A stretch of DNA of 64,000 bases from NCBI GenBank assembly GCA_964016885.1, contig OZ024740.1:415958001-416022000 (forward strand), read 5' to 3'. The position numbers and the translations under genes were made by a program. Under the pieces are notes generated by a model that was given only the letters and a program-made list of their open reading frames with translations, had not been told where the DNA came from and did not search any database. Source of the DNA: Eledone cirrhosa (lineage: Eukaryota). Shown piece by piece: positions 42,421-58,500 of this stretch; the first letter of the stretch is position 1, and every line of letters starts with the position of its first letter.

Positions 42421-45400
42421 AAATTTATTTACTACTCAAACCGTTAGAATTGCTAAATTTATTTACTACTCAAACCTATAGAATTGCTAAATTTATTTAC
42501 TACTCAAACCTTTAGAATTTGTAAATTTATTTACAACTCAAACCTTTAGAATTGCTAAATTTATTAACTACTGAAACCTTTAGAATTGCTAAATTTATTC
42601 ACTACTCAAACCTTTAGAATTGCTAAATTTATTTACTACTCAAACCTTCAGAATTGCTAAATTTATTAACTACTCAAACCTTTAGAATTGCTCAAATTAT
42701 TTACTACTTAAACCTTTAGAATTGCTAAACTTATTTACTACTCAAACCTTTAGAATTGCTAAATGTATTTACTACTAACACCTTTAGAATTGCTAAATTT
42801 ATTTACTACTCAAACCTTTAGAATTGCTAAATTTATTTACTACTCAAACCTTTAGAATTGCTAAATTTATTAACTACTCAAACCTTTAGAATTGCTAAAA
42901 TTATTTACTACTCAAACCTTTAGAATTGCTAAATTTATTTAATATTCAAACCTTTAGAATTGCTAAATTTATTAACTACTCAAACCTTTAGAATTGCTAA
43001 ATGTTTTTACTACTCAAACCTTTGGAATTGCTCAAATTATTTACTACTCAAACCTTTAGAATTGCTAAACTTATTAACTACTCAAACCTTTAGAATTGCT
43101 AAATGTATTTACTACTCAAACCTTTGGAATTGCTAAATTTATTTACTACTCAAACCTCTAGAACTGCTAAATTTATTTACTAATCAAACCTTTAGAATTA
43201 CTAAATATATTTACTACTCAAACCTTTTGAATTTGTAAATTTATTTACTACTCAAACCTTTAGAATTGCTTAATTTAATAACTACTCAAACCTTTAGAAT
43301 TGCTAAATTTATTCACTACTCAAACCTTTAGAATTGCTAAATTTATTTACTACTCAAACCTTTAGAATTGCTAAATTTATTAACTACTCAAACCTTTAGA
43401 ATTGCTCAAATTATTTACTACTCAAACCTTAAGAATTGCTAAATTTATTTACTATTCAAACCTTTAGAATTGCTAAATTTATTTACTAGTCACACCTTTA
43501 GAATTGCTAAATGTATTTACTACTCAAACCTTTAGAATTGCTAAATGTATTTACTACTCAAACCTTTGGAATTGCTAAATTTATTTACTACTCAAACCTT
43601 TAGAATTGCTAAATTTATTTACTACTCAAACCTTTTGAATTGATGAATTTATTTACTACTCAAACCTTTAGAATTGCTAAATTTATTTACTACTCAAACC
43701 TTTAGAATTGCTAAATTTATTACTACTCAAACCTTTAGAATTGCTAAATTTATTAACTACTCAAACCTTTAGAATTGCTAAATTTATTCACTACTCAAAC
43801 CTTTAGAATTGCTAAATTTATTCACTACTCAAACGTTTTGAATTGCTAAATTTATTTACTACTCAAACCTTTAGAATTGCTAAATTTATTTACTATTCAA
43901 ACCTTTAGAATTGCTAAATTTATTAACTACTCAAACCTTTAGAATTGCTAAATGTATTTACTACTCAAACCTTTGGAATTGCTAAATTTATTACTACTCA
44001 AACCTTTAGAATTGCTAAATTTATTAACTACTCAAACCTTTAGAATTGCTAAATTTATTCACTACTCAAATCTTTAGAATTGCTCAAATTATTTACTACT
44101 CTAACCTTTAGAATTGCTAAATTTATTTACTATTCAAACCTTTAGAATTGCTAAATTTATTTACAACTCAAACCTTTAGAATTGCTAAATGTATTTACTA
44201 CTAACACCTTTAGAATTGCTAAATTTATTTACTACTCAAACATTTAGAATTGCTAAACGTATTTACTACTCAAACCTTTGGAATTGCTAAATTTATTTAC
44301 TACTCAAACCTTTAGAATTGCTAAATTTATTAACTACTCAAACCTTTAGAATTGCTAAATTTATTAACTATTCAAACCTATAGAATTGCTAAAATTATTT
44401 ACTACTGAAACCTTTAGAATTGCTAAATTTATTTACTACTCAAACCTTTAGAATTGCTAAATGTATTTACTACTCAAACCTTTAGAATTGCTAAATTTAT
44501 TTACTACTCAAACCTTTAGAATTGCTAAATTTATTAACTACTCAAACCTTTAGAATTGCTAAACGTATTTACTACTCAAACCTTTGGAATTGCTAAATAT
44601 ATTTACTACTCAAACCTTTAGAATTGCTAAATTTATTAACTACTCAAACCTTTAGAATTGCTAAATTTATTAACTATTCAAACCTATAGAATTGCTAAAA
44701 TTATTTACTACTCAAACCTTTAGAATTGCTAAATTTATTTACTAGTCACACCTTTAGAATTGCTAAATGTATTTACTACTCAAACCTTTAGAATTGCTAA
44801 ATGTATTTACTACTCAAACCTTTGGAATTGCTAAATTTATTTACTACTCAAACCTTTAGAATTGCTAAATTTATTTACTACTCAAACCTTTTGAATTGAT
44901 GAATTTATTTACTACTCAAACCTTTAGAATTGCTAAATTTATTTACTACTCAAACCTTTAGAATTGCTAAATTTATTCAATACTCAAACCTTTAGAATTG
45001 CTAAATTTATTTACTACTCAAACCTTTAGAATTGCTAAATTTATTAACTACTCAAACCTTTAGAATTGCTCAAATTATTTACTACTCAAACCTTAAGAAT
45101 TGCTAAATTTATTTACTATTCAAACCTTTAGAATTGCTAAATTTATTTACTAGTCACACCTTTAGAATTGCTAAATGTATTTACTACTAAAACCTTTAGA
45201 ATTGCTAAATGTATTTACTACTCAAACCTTTGGAATTGCTAAATTTATTTACTACTCAAACCTTTAGAATTGCTAAATTTATTTACTACTCAAACCTTTT
45301 GAATTGCTAAATTTATTTACTACTCAAACCTTTAGAATTGCTAAATTTATTTACTATTCAAACCTTTAGAATTGCTAAATTTATTAACTACTCAAACCTT

Positions 45401-48400
45401 TAGAATTGCTAAATGTATTTACTACTCAAACCTTTGGAATTGCTAAATTTATTACTACTCAAACCTTTAGATTTGCTAAATTTATTAACTACTCAAACCT
45501 TTAGAATTGCTAAATTTATTCACTACTCAAACCTTTTGAATTGCTAAATTTATTTACTACTCAAACCGTTAGAATTGCTAAATTTATTAACTACTCAAAT
45601 CTTTAGAATTGCTCAAATTATTTACTACTCAAACCTTTGGAATTGCTAAATATATTTACTACTCAAACCTTTAGAATTGCTAAATTTATTAACTACTCAA
45701 ACCTTTAGAATTGCTAAATTTATTAACTATTCAAACCTATAGAATTGCTAAAATTATTTACTACTCAAACCTTTAGAATTGCTAAATTTATTTACTAGTC
45801 ACACCTTTAGAATTGCTAAATGTATTTACTACTCAAACCTTTAGAATTGCTAAATGTATTTACTACTCAAACCTTTGGAATTGCTAAATTTATTTACTAC
45901 TCAAACCTTTAGAATTGCTAAATTTATTTACTACTCAAACCTTTTGAATTGATGAATTTATTTACTACTCAAACCTTTAGAATTGCTAAATTTATTACTA
46001 CTCAAACCTTTAGAATTGCTAACTTTATTAACAACTCAAACCTTTAGAATTGCTAAACGTATTTACTACTCAAACCTTTGGAATTGCTAAATTTATTTAC
46101 TACTCAAACCTTTAGAATTGCTAAATTTATTAACTACTCAAACCTTTAGAATTGCTAAATTTATTAACTATTCAAACCTATAGAATTGCTAAAATTATTT
46201 ACTACTCAAACCTTTAGAATTGCTAAATTTATTTACTACTCAAACCTTTAGAATTGATAAATTTATTTACTACTCAAACCTTTAGAATTGCTAAATTTAT
46301 TTACTATTCAATCCTTTAGAATTGCTAAATTTATTTACTACTCAAACCTTTAGAATTGATGAATTTATTTACTACTCAAACCTTTAGAATTGCTAAATTT
46401 ATTTACTACTCAAACCTTTAGAATTGCTAAATTTATTACTACTCAAACCTTTAGAATTGCTAAATTTATTCACTACTCAAACCTTTAGAATTGCTAAATT
46501 TATTCACTACTCAAACCTTTTGAATTGCTAAATTTATTTACTACTCAAACCTTTAGAATTGCTAAATTTATTTACTATTCAAACCTTTAGAATTGCTAAA
46601 TTTATTTACTAGTCACACCTTTAGAATTGCTAAATGTATTTACTACTCACACCTTTAGAATTGCTAAATTTATTTACTAATCAAACCTTTAGAATTGCTA
46701 AATTTATTTACTATTCAAACCTTTAGAATTGCTAAATTTATTTACTAGTCACACCTTTAGAATTGCTAAATGTATTTACTACTCATACCTTTAGAATTGC
46801 TAAATTTATTTACTACTCAAACCTTTAGAATTGCTAAATTTATTTACTACTCAAACCTTTAGAATTGCTAAATTTATTAACTACTCAAACCTTTAGAATT
46901 GCTAAATGATTTACTACTCAAACCTTTGGAATTGCTAAATTTATTACTACTCAAACCTTTAGAATTGCTAAAGTATTAACTACTCAAACCTTTAGAATTG
47001 CTAAATTTATTTACTACTCAAACCTTTAGAATTGCTAAATTTATTCACTACTCAAACCTTTAGAATTGCTAAATTTATTCACTACTCAAACTTTTAGAAT
47101 TGCTCAAATTATTTACTACTCAAACCTTTAGAATTGCTAAATTTATTTACTACTCAAACCTTTAGAATTGCTAAATTTATTTACTACTCAAACCATTAGA
47201 ATTGATAAATTTATTTACTACTCAAACCTTTAGAATTGCTAAATTTATTTACTACTCAAACCTTTTGAATTGCTAAATTTATTCACTACTCAAACCTTTA
47301 GAATTGCTAAATTTATTCACGACAGAAACCTTTAGAATTGCTAAATTTATTTCCTACTCAAACCTTTAGAATTGCTAAATTTATTTACTAGTCACACCTT
47401 TAGAATTGCTAAATGTATTTACTACTCAAACCTTTAGAATTGCTAAATGTATTTACTACTCAAACCTTTGGAATTGCTAAATTTATTTACTACTCAAACC
47501 TTTAGAATTGCTAAATTTATTTACTACTCAAACCTTTTGAATTGATGAATTTATTTACTACTCAAACCTTTAGAATTGCTAAATTTATTTACTACTCAAA
47601 CCATTAGAATTGCTAAATTTATTACTACTCAAACCTTTAGAATTGCTAAATTTATTAACTACTCAAACCTTTAGAATTGCTAAATTTATTCACTACTCAA
47701 ACCTTTAGAATTGCTAAATTTATTCACTACTCAAACGTTTTGAATTGCTAAATTTATTTACTACTCAAACCTTTAGAATTGCTAAATTTATTTACAATTC
47801 AAACCTTTAGAATTTCTAAATTTATTAACTACTCAAACCTTTAGAATTGCTAAATGTATTTACTACTCAAACCTTTGGAATTGCTAAATTTATTACTACT
47901 CAAACCTTTAGAATTGCTAAATTTATTAACTACTCAAACCTTTAGAATTGCTAAATTTATTCACTACTCAAACCTTTTGAATTGCTAAATTTATTTACTA
48001 CTCAAACCTTTAGAATTGCTAAATTTATTAACTACTCAAATCTTTAGAATTGCTCAAATTATTTACTACTCAAACCTTTAGAATTGCTAAATTTATTTAC
48101 TATTCAAACCTTTAGAATTGCTAAATTTATTTACTACTCAAACCTTTAGAATTGCTAAATGTATTTACTACTAACACCTTTAGAATTGCTAAATTTATTT
48201 ACTACTCAAACCTTTAGAATTGCTAAATTTATTTACTACTGAAACCTTTAGAATTGCTAAATTTATTAACTACTCAAACCTTTAGAATTGCTAAACGTAT
48301 TTACTACTCAAACCTTTGGAATTGCTAAATTTATTTACTACTCAAACCTTTAGAATTGCTAAATTTATTAACTACTCAAACCTTTAGAATTGCTAAATTT

Positions 48401-49449
48401 ATTAACTATTCAAACCTATAGAATTGCTAAAATTATTTACTACTCAAACCTTTAGAATTGCTAAATTTATTTACTACTCAAACCTTTAGAATTGATAAAT
48501 TTATTTACTACTCAAACCTTTAGGATTGCTAAATTTATTTACTATTCAATCCTTTAGAATTGCTAAATTTATTTACTACTCAAACCTTTAGAATTGCTAA
48601 ATTTATTTACTATTCAAACCTTTAGAATTGATGAATTTATTTACTACTCAAACCTTTAGAATTGCTAAATTTATTTAATACTCAAACCTTTAGAATTGCT
48701 AAATTTATTACTACTCAAACCTTTAGAATTGCTAAATTTATTAACTACTCAAACCTTTAGAATTGCTAAATTTATTTACTACTCAAACCTTTAGAATTGC
48801 TAAATTTATTCACTACTCAAACCTTTTGAATTGCTAAATTTATTTACTACTCAAACCTTTAGAATTGCTAAATTTATTTACTATTCAAACCTTTAGAATT
48901 GCTAAATTTATTTACTAGTCACACGTTTAGAATTGCTAAATGTATTTACTACTCACACCTTTAGAATTGCTAAATTTATTTACTAATCAAACCTTTAGAA
49001 ATGCTAAATTTATTTACTATTCAAACCTTTAGAATTGCTAAATTTATTTACTAGTCACACCTTTAGAATTGCTAAATGTATTTACTACTCATACCTTTAG
49101 AATTGCTAAATTTATTTACTACTCAAACCTTTAGAATTGCTAAATTTATTTACTACTCAAACCTTTAGAATTGCTAAATTTATTAACTACTCAAACCTTT
49201 AGAATTGCTAAATGATTTACTACTCAAACCTTTGGAATTGCTAAATTTATTACTACTCAAACCTTTAGAATTGCTAAAGTATTAACTACTCAAACCTTTA
49301 GAATTGCTAAATTTATTTACTACTCAAACCTTTAGAATTGCTAAATTTATTCACTACTCAAACCTTTAGAATTGCTAAATTTATTCACTACTCAAACTTT
49401 TAGAATTGCTCAAATTATTTACTACTCAAACCTTTAGAATTGCTAAATT

Positions 49450-52400
49450 TATTTACTACTCAAACCTTTAGAATTGCTAAATTTATTTACTACTCAAACC
49501 ATTAGAATTGATAAATTTATTTACTACTCAAACCTTTAGAATTGCTAAATTTATTACTAGTCAAACCTTTAGAATTTCTAAATTTATTAACTACTCAAAC
49601 CTTTAGAATTGCTAAATTTATTTACTACTCAAACCTTTAGAATTGCTAAATTTATTTACTACTCAAACCTTTTGAATTGCTAAATTTATTCACTACTCAA
49701 ACCTTTAGAATTGCTAAATTTATTCACGACAGAAACCTTTAGAATTGCTAAATTTATTTCCTACTCAAACCTTTAGAATTGCTAAATTTATTTACTAGTC
49801 ACACCTTTAGAATTGCTAAATGTATTTACTACTCAAACCTTTAGAATTGCTAAATGTATTTACTACTCAAACCTTTGGAATTGCTAAATTTATTTACTAC
49901 TCAAACCTTTAGAATTTCTAAATTTATTTACTACTCAAACCTTTTGAATTGATGAATTTATTTACTACTCAAACCTTTAGAATTGCTAAATTTATTTACT
50001 ACTCAAACCTTTAGAATTGCTAAATTTATTACTACTCAAACCTTTAGAATTGCTAAATTTATTAACTACTCAAACCTTTAGAATTGCTAAATTTATTCAC
50101 TACTCAAACCTTTAGAATTGCTAAATTTATTCACTACTCAAACGTTTTGAATTGCTAAATTTATTTACTACTCAAACCTTTAGAATTGCTAAATTTATTT
50201 ACTATTCAAACCTTTAGAATTGCTAAAATTATTTACTACTCAAACCTTTAGAATTGCTAAATTTATTTAATATTCAAACCTTTAGAATTGCTAAATTTAT
50301 TAACTACTCAAACCTTTAGAATTGCTAAATGTTTTTACTACTCAAACCTTTGGAATTGCTCAAATTATTTACTACTCAAACCTTTAGAATTGCTAAATTT
50401 ATTAACTACTCAAACCTTTAGAATTGCTAAATGTATTTACTACTCAAACCTTTGGAATTGCTAAATTTATTTACTACTCAAACCTCTAGAACTGCTAAAT
50501 TTATTTACTAATCAAACCTTTAGAATTACTAAATATATTTACTACTCAAACCTTTTGAATTTGTAAATTTATTTACTACTCAAACCTTTAGAATTGCTTA
50601 ATTTAATAACTACTCAAACCTTTAGAATTGCTAAATTTATTCACTACTCAAACCTTTAGAATTGCTAAATTTATTTACTACTCAAACCTTTAGAATTGCT
50701 AAATTTATTAACTACTCAAACCTTTAGAATTGCTAAATGTATTTACTAATCACACTTTTAGAATTGCTAAATTTATTTACTACTCAAACCTTTAGAATTG
50801 CTAAATTTATTTACTACTCAAACCTTTAGAATTGCTAAATTTATTTACTATTCAAACCTTTAGAATTGCTAAATTTATTAACTACTCAAACCTTTAGAAT
50901 TGCGAAATGTATTTACTACTCAAACCTTTGGAATTGCTAAATTTATTTACTACTCAAACCTTTAGAATTGCTAAATTTATTTACTACTCAAACCTTTTGA
51001 ATTGATGAATTTATTTACTACTCAAACCTTTAGAATTGCTAAATTTATTTACTACTCAAACCTTTAGAATTGCTAAATTTATTACTACTCAAACCTTTAG
51101 AATTGCTAAATTTATTAACTACTCAAACCTTTAGAATTGCTAAATTTATTCAATACTCAAACCTGTAGAATTGCTAAATTTATTCACTACTCAAACGTTT
51201 TGAATTGCTAAATTTATTTACTACTCAAACCTTTAGAATTGCTAAATTTATTTACTATTCAAACCTTTAGAATTGCTAAATTTATTAACTACTCAAACCT
51301 TTAGAATTGCTAAATGTATTTACTACTCAAACCTTTGGAATTGCTAAATTTATTACTACTCAAACCTTTAGAATTGCTAAATTTATTAACTACTCAAACC
51401 TTTAGAATTGCTAAATTTATTTACTACTCAAACCTTTAGAATTGCTAAATTTATTCACTACTCAAACCTTTAGAATTGCTAAATTTATTCACTACTCAAA
51501 CCTTTTGAATTGCTAAATTTATTTACTACTCAAACCTTTAGAATTGCTAAATTTATTAACTACTCAAATCTTTAGAATTGCTCAAATTATTTACTACTCA
51601 AACCTTTAGAATTGCTAAATTTATTTACTAATCAAACCTTTAGAATTGCTAAATTTATTTACTACTCAAACCTTTAGAATTGCTAAATGTATTTACTACT
51701 AACACCTTTAGAATTGCTAAATTTATTTACTACTCAAACCTTTAGAATTGCTAAATTTATTTACTACTCAAACCTTTAGTATTGCTAAATTTATTATCTA
51801 CTCAAACCTTTAGAATTGCTAAACGTATTTACTACTCAAACCTTTGGAATTGCTAAATTTATTTACTACTCAAACCTTTAGAATTGCTAAATTTATTTAC
51901 TACTCAAACCTTTAGAATTGCTAAATTTATTCACTACTCAAACCTTTTGAATTGCTAAATTTATTTACTACTCAAACCTTTAGAAATGCTAAATTTATTA
52001 ACTACTCAAATCTTTAGAATTGCTCAAATTATTTACTACTCAAACCTTTAGAATTGCTAAATTTATTTACTATTCAAACCTTTAGAATTGCTAAATTTAT
52101 TTACTACTCAAACCTTTAGAATTGCTAAATGTATTTACTACTAACACCTTTAGAATTGCTAAATTTATTTACTACTCAAACCTTTAGAATTGCTAAATTT
52201 ATTTACTACTGAAACCTTTAGAATTGCTAAATTTATTAACTACTCAAACCTTTAGAATTGCTAAACGTATTTACTACTCAAACCTTTGGAATTGCTAAAT
52301 TTATTTACTACTCAAACCTTTAGAATTGCTAAATTTATTAACTACTCAAACCTTTAGAATTGCTAAATTTATTAACTATTCAAACCTATAGAATTGCTAA

Positions 52401-55400
52401 AATTATTTACTACTCAAACCTTTAGAATTGCTAAATTTATTTACTACTCAAACCTTTAGAATTGATAAATTTATTTACTACTCAAAGCTTTAGAATTGCT
52501 AAATTTATTTACTATTCAATCCTTTAGAATTGCTAAATTTATTTACTACTCAAACCTTTAGAATTGCTAAATTTATTTACTATTCAAACCTTTAGAATTG
52601 ATGAATTTATTTACTACTCAAACCTTTAGAATTGCTAAATTTATTTAATACTCAAACCTTTAGAATTGCTAAATTTATTACTACTCAAACCTTTAGAATT
52701 GCTAAATTTATTAACTACTCAAACCTTTAGAATTGCTAAATTTATTTACTACTCAAACCTTTAGAATTGCTAAATTTATTCACTACTCAAACCTTTAGAA
52801 TTGCTAAATTTATTCACTACTCAAACCTTTTGAATTGCTAAATTTATTTACTACTCAAACCTTTAGAATTGCTAAATTTATTTACTATTCAAACCTTTAG
52901 AATTGCTAAATTTATTTACTAGTCACACGTTTAGAATTGCTAAATGTATTTACTACTCACACCTTTAGAATTGCTAAATTTATTTACTAATCAAACCTTT
53001 AGAATTGCTAAATTTATTTACTATTCAAACCTTTAGAATTGCTAAATTTATTTACTAGTCACACCTTTAGAATTGCTAAATGTATTTACTACTCATACCT
53101 TTAGAATTGCTAAATTTATTTACTACTCAAACCTTTAGAATTGCTAAATTTATTTACTACTCAAACCTTTAGAATTGCTAAATTTATTAACTACTCAAAC
53201 CTTTAGAATTGCTAAATGATTTACTACTCAAACCTTTGGAATTGCTAAATTTATTACTACTCAAACCTTTAGAATTGCTAAAGTATTAACTACTCAAACC
53301 TTTAGAATTGCTAAATTTATTTACTACTCAAACCTTTAGAATTGCTAAATTTATTCACTACTCAAACCTTTAGAATTGCTAAATTTATTCACTACTCAAA
53401 CTTTTAGAATTGCTCAAATTATTTACTACTCAAACCTTTAGAATTGCTAAATTTATTTACTACTCAAACCTTTAGAATTGCTAAATTTATTTACTACTCA
53501 AACCATTAGAATTGATAAATTTATTTACTACTCAAACCTTTAGAATTGCTAAATTTATTACTAGTCAAACCTTTAGAATTTCTAAATTTATTAACTACTC
53601 AAACCTTTAGAATTGCTAAATTTATTTACTACTCAAACCTTTAGAATTGCTAAATTTATTTACTACTCAAACCTTTTGAATTGCTAAATTTATTCACTAC
53701 TCAAACCTTTAGAATTGCTAAATTTATTCACGACAGAAACCTTTAGAATTGCTAAATTTATTTCCTACTCAAACCTTTAGAATTGCTAAATGTATTTACT
53801 ACTCAAACCTTTGGAATTGCTAAGTTTATTTACTACTCAAACCTTTAGAATTGCTAAATTTATTTACTACTCAAACCTTTTGAATTGATGAATTTATTTA
53901 CTACTCAAACCTTTAGAATTGCTAAATTTATTTACTACTCAAACCATTAGAATTGATAAATTTATTTACTACTCAAACCTTTAGAATTGCTAAATTTATT
54001 ACTAGTCAAACCTTTAGAATTTCTAAATTTATTAACTACTCAAACCTTTAGAATTGCTAAATTTATTTACTACTCAAACCTTTAGAATTGCTAAATTTAT
54101 TTACTACTCAAACCTTTTGAATTGCTAAATTTATTCACTACTCAAACCTTTAGAATTGCTAAATTTATTCACGACAGAAACCTTTAGAATTGCTAAATTT
54201 ATTTCCTACTCAAACCTTTAGAATTGCTAAATTCATTTACTAGTCACACCTTTAGAATTGCTAAATGTATTTACTACTCAAACCTTTAGAATTGCTAAAT
54301 GTATTTACTACTCAAACCTTTGGAATTGCTAAATTTATTTACTACTCAAACCTTTAGAATTTCTAAATTTATTTACTACTCAAACCTTTTGAATTGATGA
54401 ATTTATTTACTACTCAAACCTTTAGAATTGCTAAATTTATTTACTACTCAAACCTTTAGAATTGCTAAATTTATTACTACTCAAACCTTTAGAATTGCTA
54501 AATTTATTAACTACTCAAACCTTTAGAATTGCTAAATTTATTCACTACTCAAACCTTTAGAATTGCTAAATTTATTCACTACTCAAACGTTTTGAATTGC
54601 TAAATTTATTTACTACTCAAACCTTTAGAATTGCTAAATTTATTTACTATTCAAACCTTTAGAATTGCTAAAATTATTTACTACTCAAACCTTTAGAATT
54701 GCTAAATTTATTTAATATTCAAACCTTTAGAATTGCTAAATTTATTAACTACTCAAACCTTTAGAATTGCTAAATGTTTTTACTACTCAAACCTTTGGAA
54801 TTGCTCAAATTATTTACTACTCAAACCTTTAGAATTGCTAAATTTATTAACTACTCAAACCTTTAGAATTGCTAAATGTATTTACTACTCAAACCTTTGG
54901 AATTGCTAAATTTATTTACTACTCAAACCTCTAGAACTGCTAAATTTATTTACTAATCAAACCTTTAGAATTACTAAATATATTTACTACTCAAACCTTT
55001 TGAATTTGTAAATTTATTTACTACTCAAACCTTTAGAATTGCTTAATTTAATAACTACTCAAACCTTTAGAATTGCTAAATTTATTCACTACTCAAACCT
55101 TTAGAATTGCTAAATTTATTTACTACTCAAACCTTTAGAATTGCTAAATTTATTAACTACTCAAACCTTTAGAATTGCTCAAATTATTTACTACTCACAC
55201 CTTTAGAATTGCTAAATTTATTTACTAATCAAACCTTTAGAATTGCTAAATTTATTTACTATTCAAACCTTTAGAATTGCTAAATTTATTTACTAGTCAC
55301 TCCTTTAGAATTGCTAAATGTATTTACTAATCACACTTTTAGAATTGCTAAATTTATTTACTACTCAAACCTTTAGAATTGCTAAATTTATTTACTACTC

Positions 55401-58400
55401 AAACCTTTAGAATTGCTAAATTTATTTACTATTCAAACCTTTAGAATTGCTAAATTTATTAACTACTCAAACCTTTAGAATTGCGAAATGTATTTACTAC
55501 TCAAACCTTTGGAATTGCTAAATTTATTTACTACTCAAACCTTTAGAATTGCTAAATTTATTTACTACTCAAACCTTTTGAATTGATGAATTTATTTACT
55601 ACTCAAACCTTTAGAATTGCTAAATTTATTTACTACTCAAACCTTTAGAATTGCTAAATTTATTACTACTCAAACCTTTAGAATTGCTAAATTTATTAAC
55701 TACTCAAACCTTTAGAATTGCTAAATTTATTCAATACTCAAACCTGTAGAATTGCTAAATTTATTCACTACTCAAACGTTTTGAATTGCTAAATTTATTT
55801 ACTACTCAAACCTTTAGAATTGCTAAATTTATTTACTATTCAAACCTTTAGAATTGCTAAATTTATTAACTACTCAAACCTTTAGAATTGCTAAATGTAT
55901 TTACTACTCAAACCTTTGGAATTGCTAAATTTATTACTACTCAAACCTTTAGAATTGCTAAATTTATTAACTACTCAAACCTTTAGAATTGCTAAATTTA
56001 TTTACTACTCAAACCTTTAGAATTGCTAAATTTATTCACTACTCAAACCTTTAGAATTGCTAAATTTATTCACTACTCAAACCTTTTGAATTGCTAAATT
56101 TATTTACTACTCAAACCTTTAGAATTGCTAAATTTATTAACTACTCAAATCTTTAGAATTGCTCAAATTATTTACTACTCAAACCTTTAGAATTGCTAAA
56201 TTTATTTACTAATCAAACCTTTAGAATTGCTAAATTTATTTACTACTCAAACCTTTAGAATTGCTAAATGTATTTACTACTAACACCTTTAGAATTGCTA
56301 AATTTATTTACTACTCAAACCTTTAGAATTGCTAAATTTATTTACTACTCAAACCTTTAGTATTGCTAAATTTATTATCTACTCAAACCTTTAGAATTGC
56401 TAAACGTATTTACTACTCAAACCTTTGGAATTGCTAAATTTATTTACTACTCAAACCTTTAGAATTGCTAAATTTATTTACTACTCAAACCTTTAGAATT
56501 GCTAAATTTATTCACTACTCAAACCTTTTGAATTGCTAAATTTATTTACTACTCAAACCTTTAGAAATGCTAAATTTATTAACTACTCAAATCTTTAGAA
56601 TTGCTCAAATTATTTACTACTCAAACCTTTAGAATTGCTAAATTTATTTACTATTCAAACCTTTAGAATTGCTAAATTTATTTACTACTCAAACCTTTAG
56701 AATTGCTAAATGTATTTACTACTAACACCTTTAGAATTGCTAAATTTATTTACTACTCAAACCTTTAGAATTGCTAAATTTATTTACTACTGAAACCTTT
56801 AGAATTGCTAAATTTATTAACTACTCAAACCTTTAGAATTGCTAAACGTATTTACTACTCAAACCTTTGGAATTGCTAAATTTATTTACTACTCAAACCT
56901 TTAGAATTGCTAAATTTATTAACTACTCAAACCTTTAGAATTGCTAAATTTATTAACTATTCAAACCTATAGAATTGCTAAAATTATTTACTACTCAAAC
57001 CTTTAGAATTGCTAAATTTATTTACTACTCAAACCTTTAGAATTGATAAATTTATTTACTACTCAAAGCTTTAGAATTGCTAAATTTATTTACTATTCAA
57101 TCCTTTAGAATTGCTAAATTTATTTACTACTCAAACCTTTAGAATTGCTAAATTTATTTACTATTCAAACCTTTAGAATTGATGAATTTATTTACTACTC
57201 AAACCTTTAGAATTGCTAAATTTATTTAATACTCAAACCTTTAGAATTGCTAAATTTATTACTACTCAAACCTTTAGAATTGCTAAATTTATTAACTACT
57301 CAAACCTTTAGAATTGCTAAATTTATTTACTACTCAAACCTTTAGAATTGCTAAATTTATTCACTACTCAAACCTTTAGAATTGCTAAATTTATTCACTA
57401 CTCAAACCTTTTGAATTGCTAAATTTATTTACTACTCAAACCTTTAGAATTGCTAAATTTATTTACTATTCAAACCTTTAGAATTGCTAAATTTATTTAC
57501 TAGTCACACGTTTAGAATTGCTAAATGTATTTACTACTCACACCTTTAGAATTGCTAAATTTATTTACTAATCAAACCTTTAGAATTGCTAAATTTATTT
57601 ACTATTCAAACCTTTAGAATTGCTAAATTTATTTACTAGTCACACCTTTAGAATTGCTAAATGTATTTACTACTCATACCTTTAGAATTGCTAAATTTAT
57701 TTACTACTCAAACCTTTAGAATTGCTAAATTTATTTACTACTCAAACCTTTAGAATTGCTAAATTTATTAACTACTCAAACCTTTAGAATTGCTAAATGA
57801 TTTACTACTCAAACCTTTGGAATTGCTAAATTTATTACTACTCAAACCTTTAGAATTGCTAAAGTATTAACTACTCAAACCTTTAGAATTGCTAAATTTA
57901 TTTACTACTCAAACCTTTAGAATTGCTAAATTTATTCACTACTCAAACCTTTAGAATTGCTAAATTTATTCACTACTCAAACTTTTAGAATTGCTCAAAT
58001 TATTTACTACTCAAACCTTTAGAATTGCTAAATTTATTTACTACTCAAACCTTTAGAATTGCTAAATTTATTTACTACTCAAACCATTAGAATTGATAAA
58101 TTTATTTACTACTCAAACCTTTAGAATTGCTAAATTTATTACTAGTCAAACCTTTAGAATTTCTAAATTTATTAACTACTCAAACCTTTAGAATTGCTAA
58201 ATTTATTTACTACTCAAACCTTTAGAATTGCTAAATTTATTTACTACTCAAACCTTTTGAATTGCTAAATTTATTCACTACTCAAACCTTTAGAATTGCT
58301 AAATTTATTCACGACAGAAACCTTTAGAATTGCTAAATTTATTTCCTACTCAAACCTTTAGAATTGCTAAATGTATTTACTACTCAAACCTTTGGAATTG

Positions 58401-58500
58401 CTAAATTTATTTACTACTCAAACCTTTAGAATTGCTAAATTTATTTACTACTCAAACCTTTTGAATTGATGAATTTATTTACTACTCAAACCTTTAGAAT
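49450..58500. repeat. Tandem duplication of ~4.45-4.58 kb within the diverged layer
   Basis: AAGCTT 52485/57066, GCGAAATG 50902/55483, AAAGTATT 53283/57864 and GACAGAAA 53732/58313 are all +4581. GACAGAAA 49728/54173 is +4445 because copy 1 lacks 4 monomers near 50,730. Confidence 0.85.
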
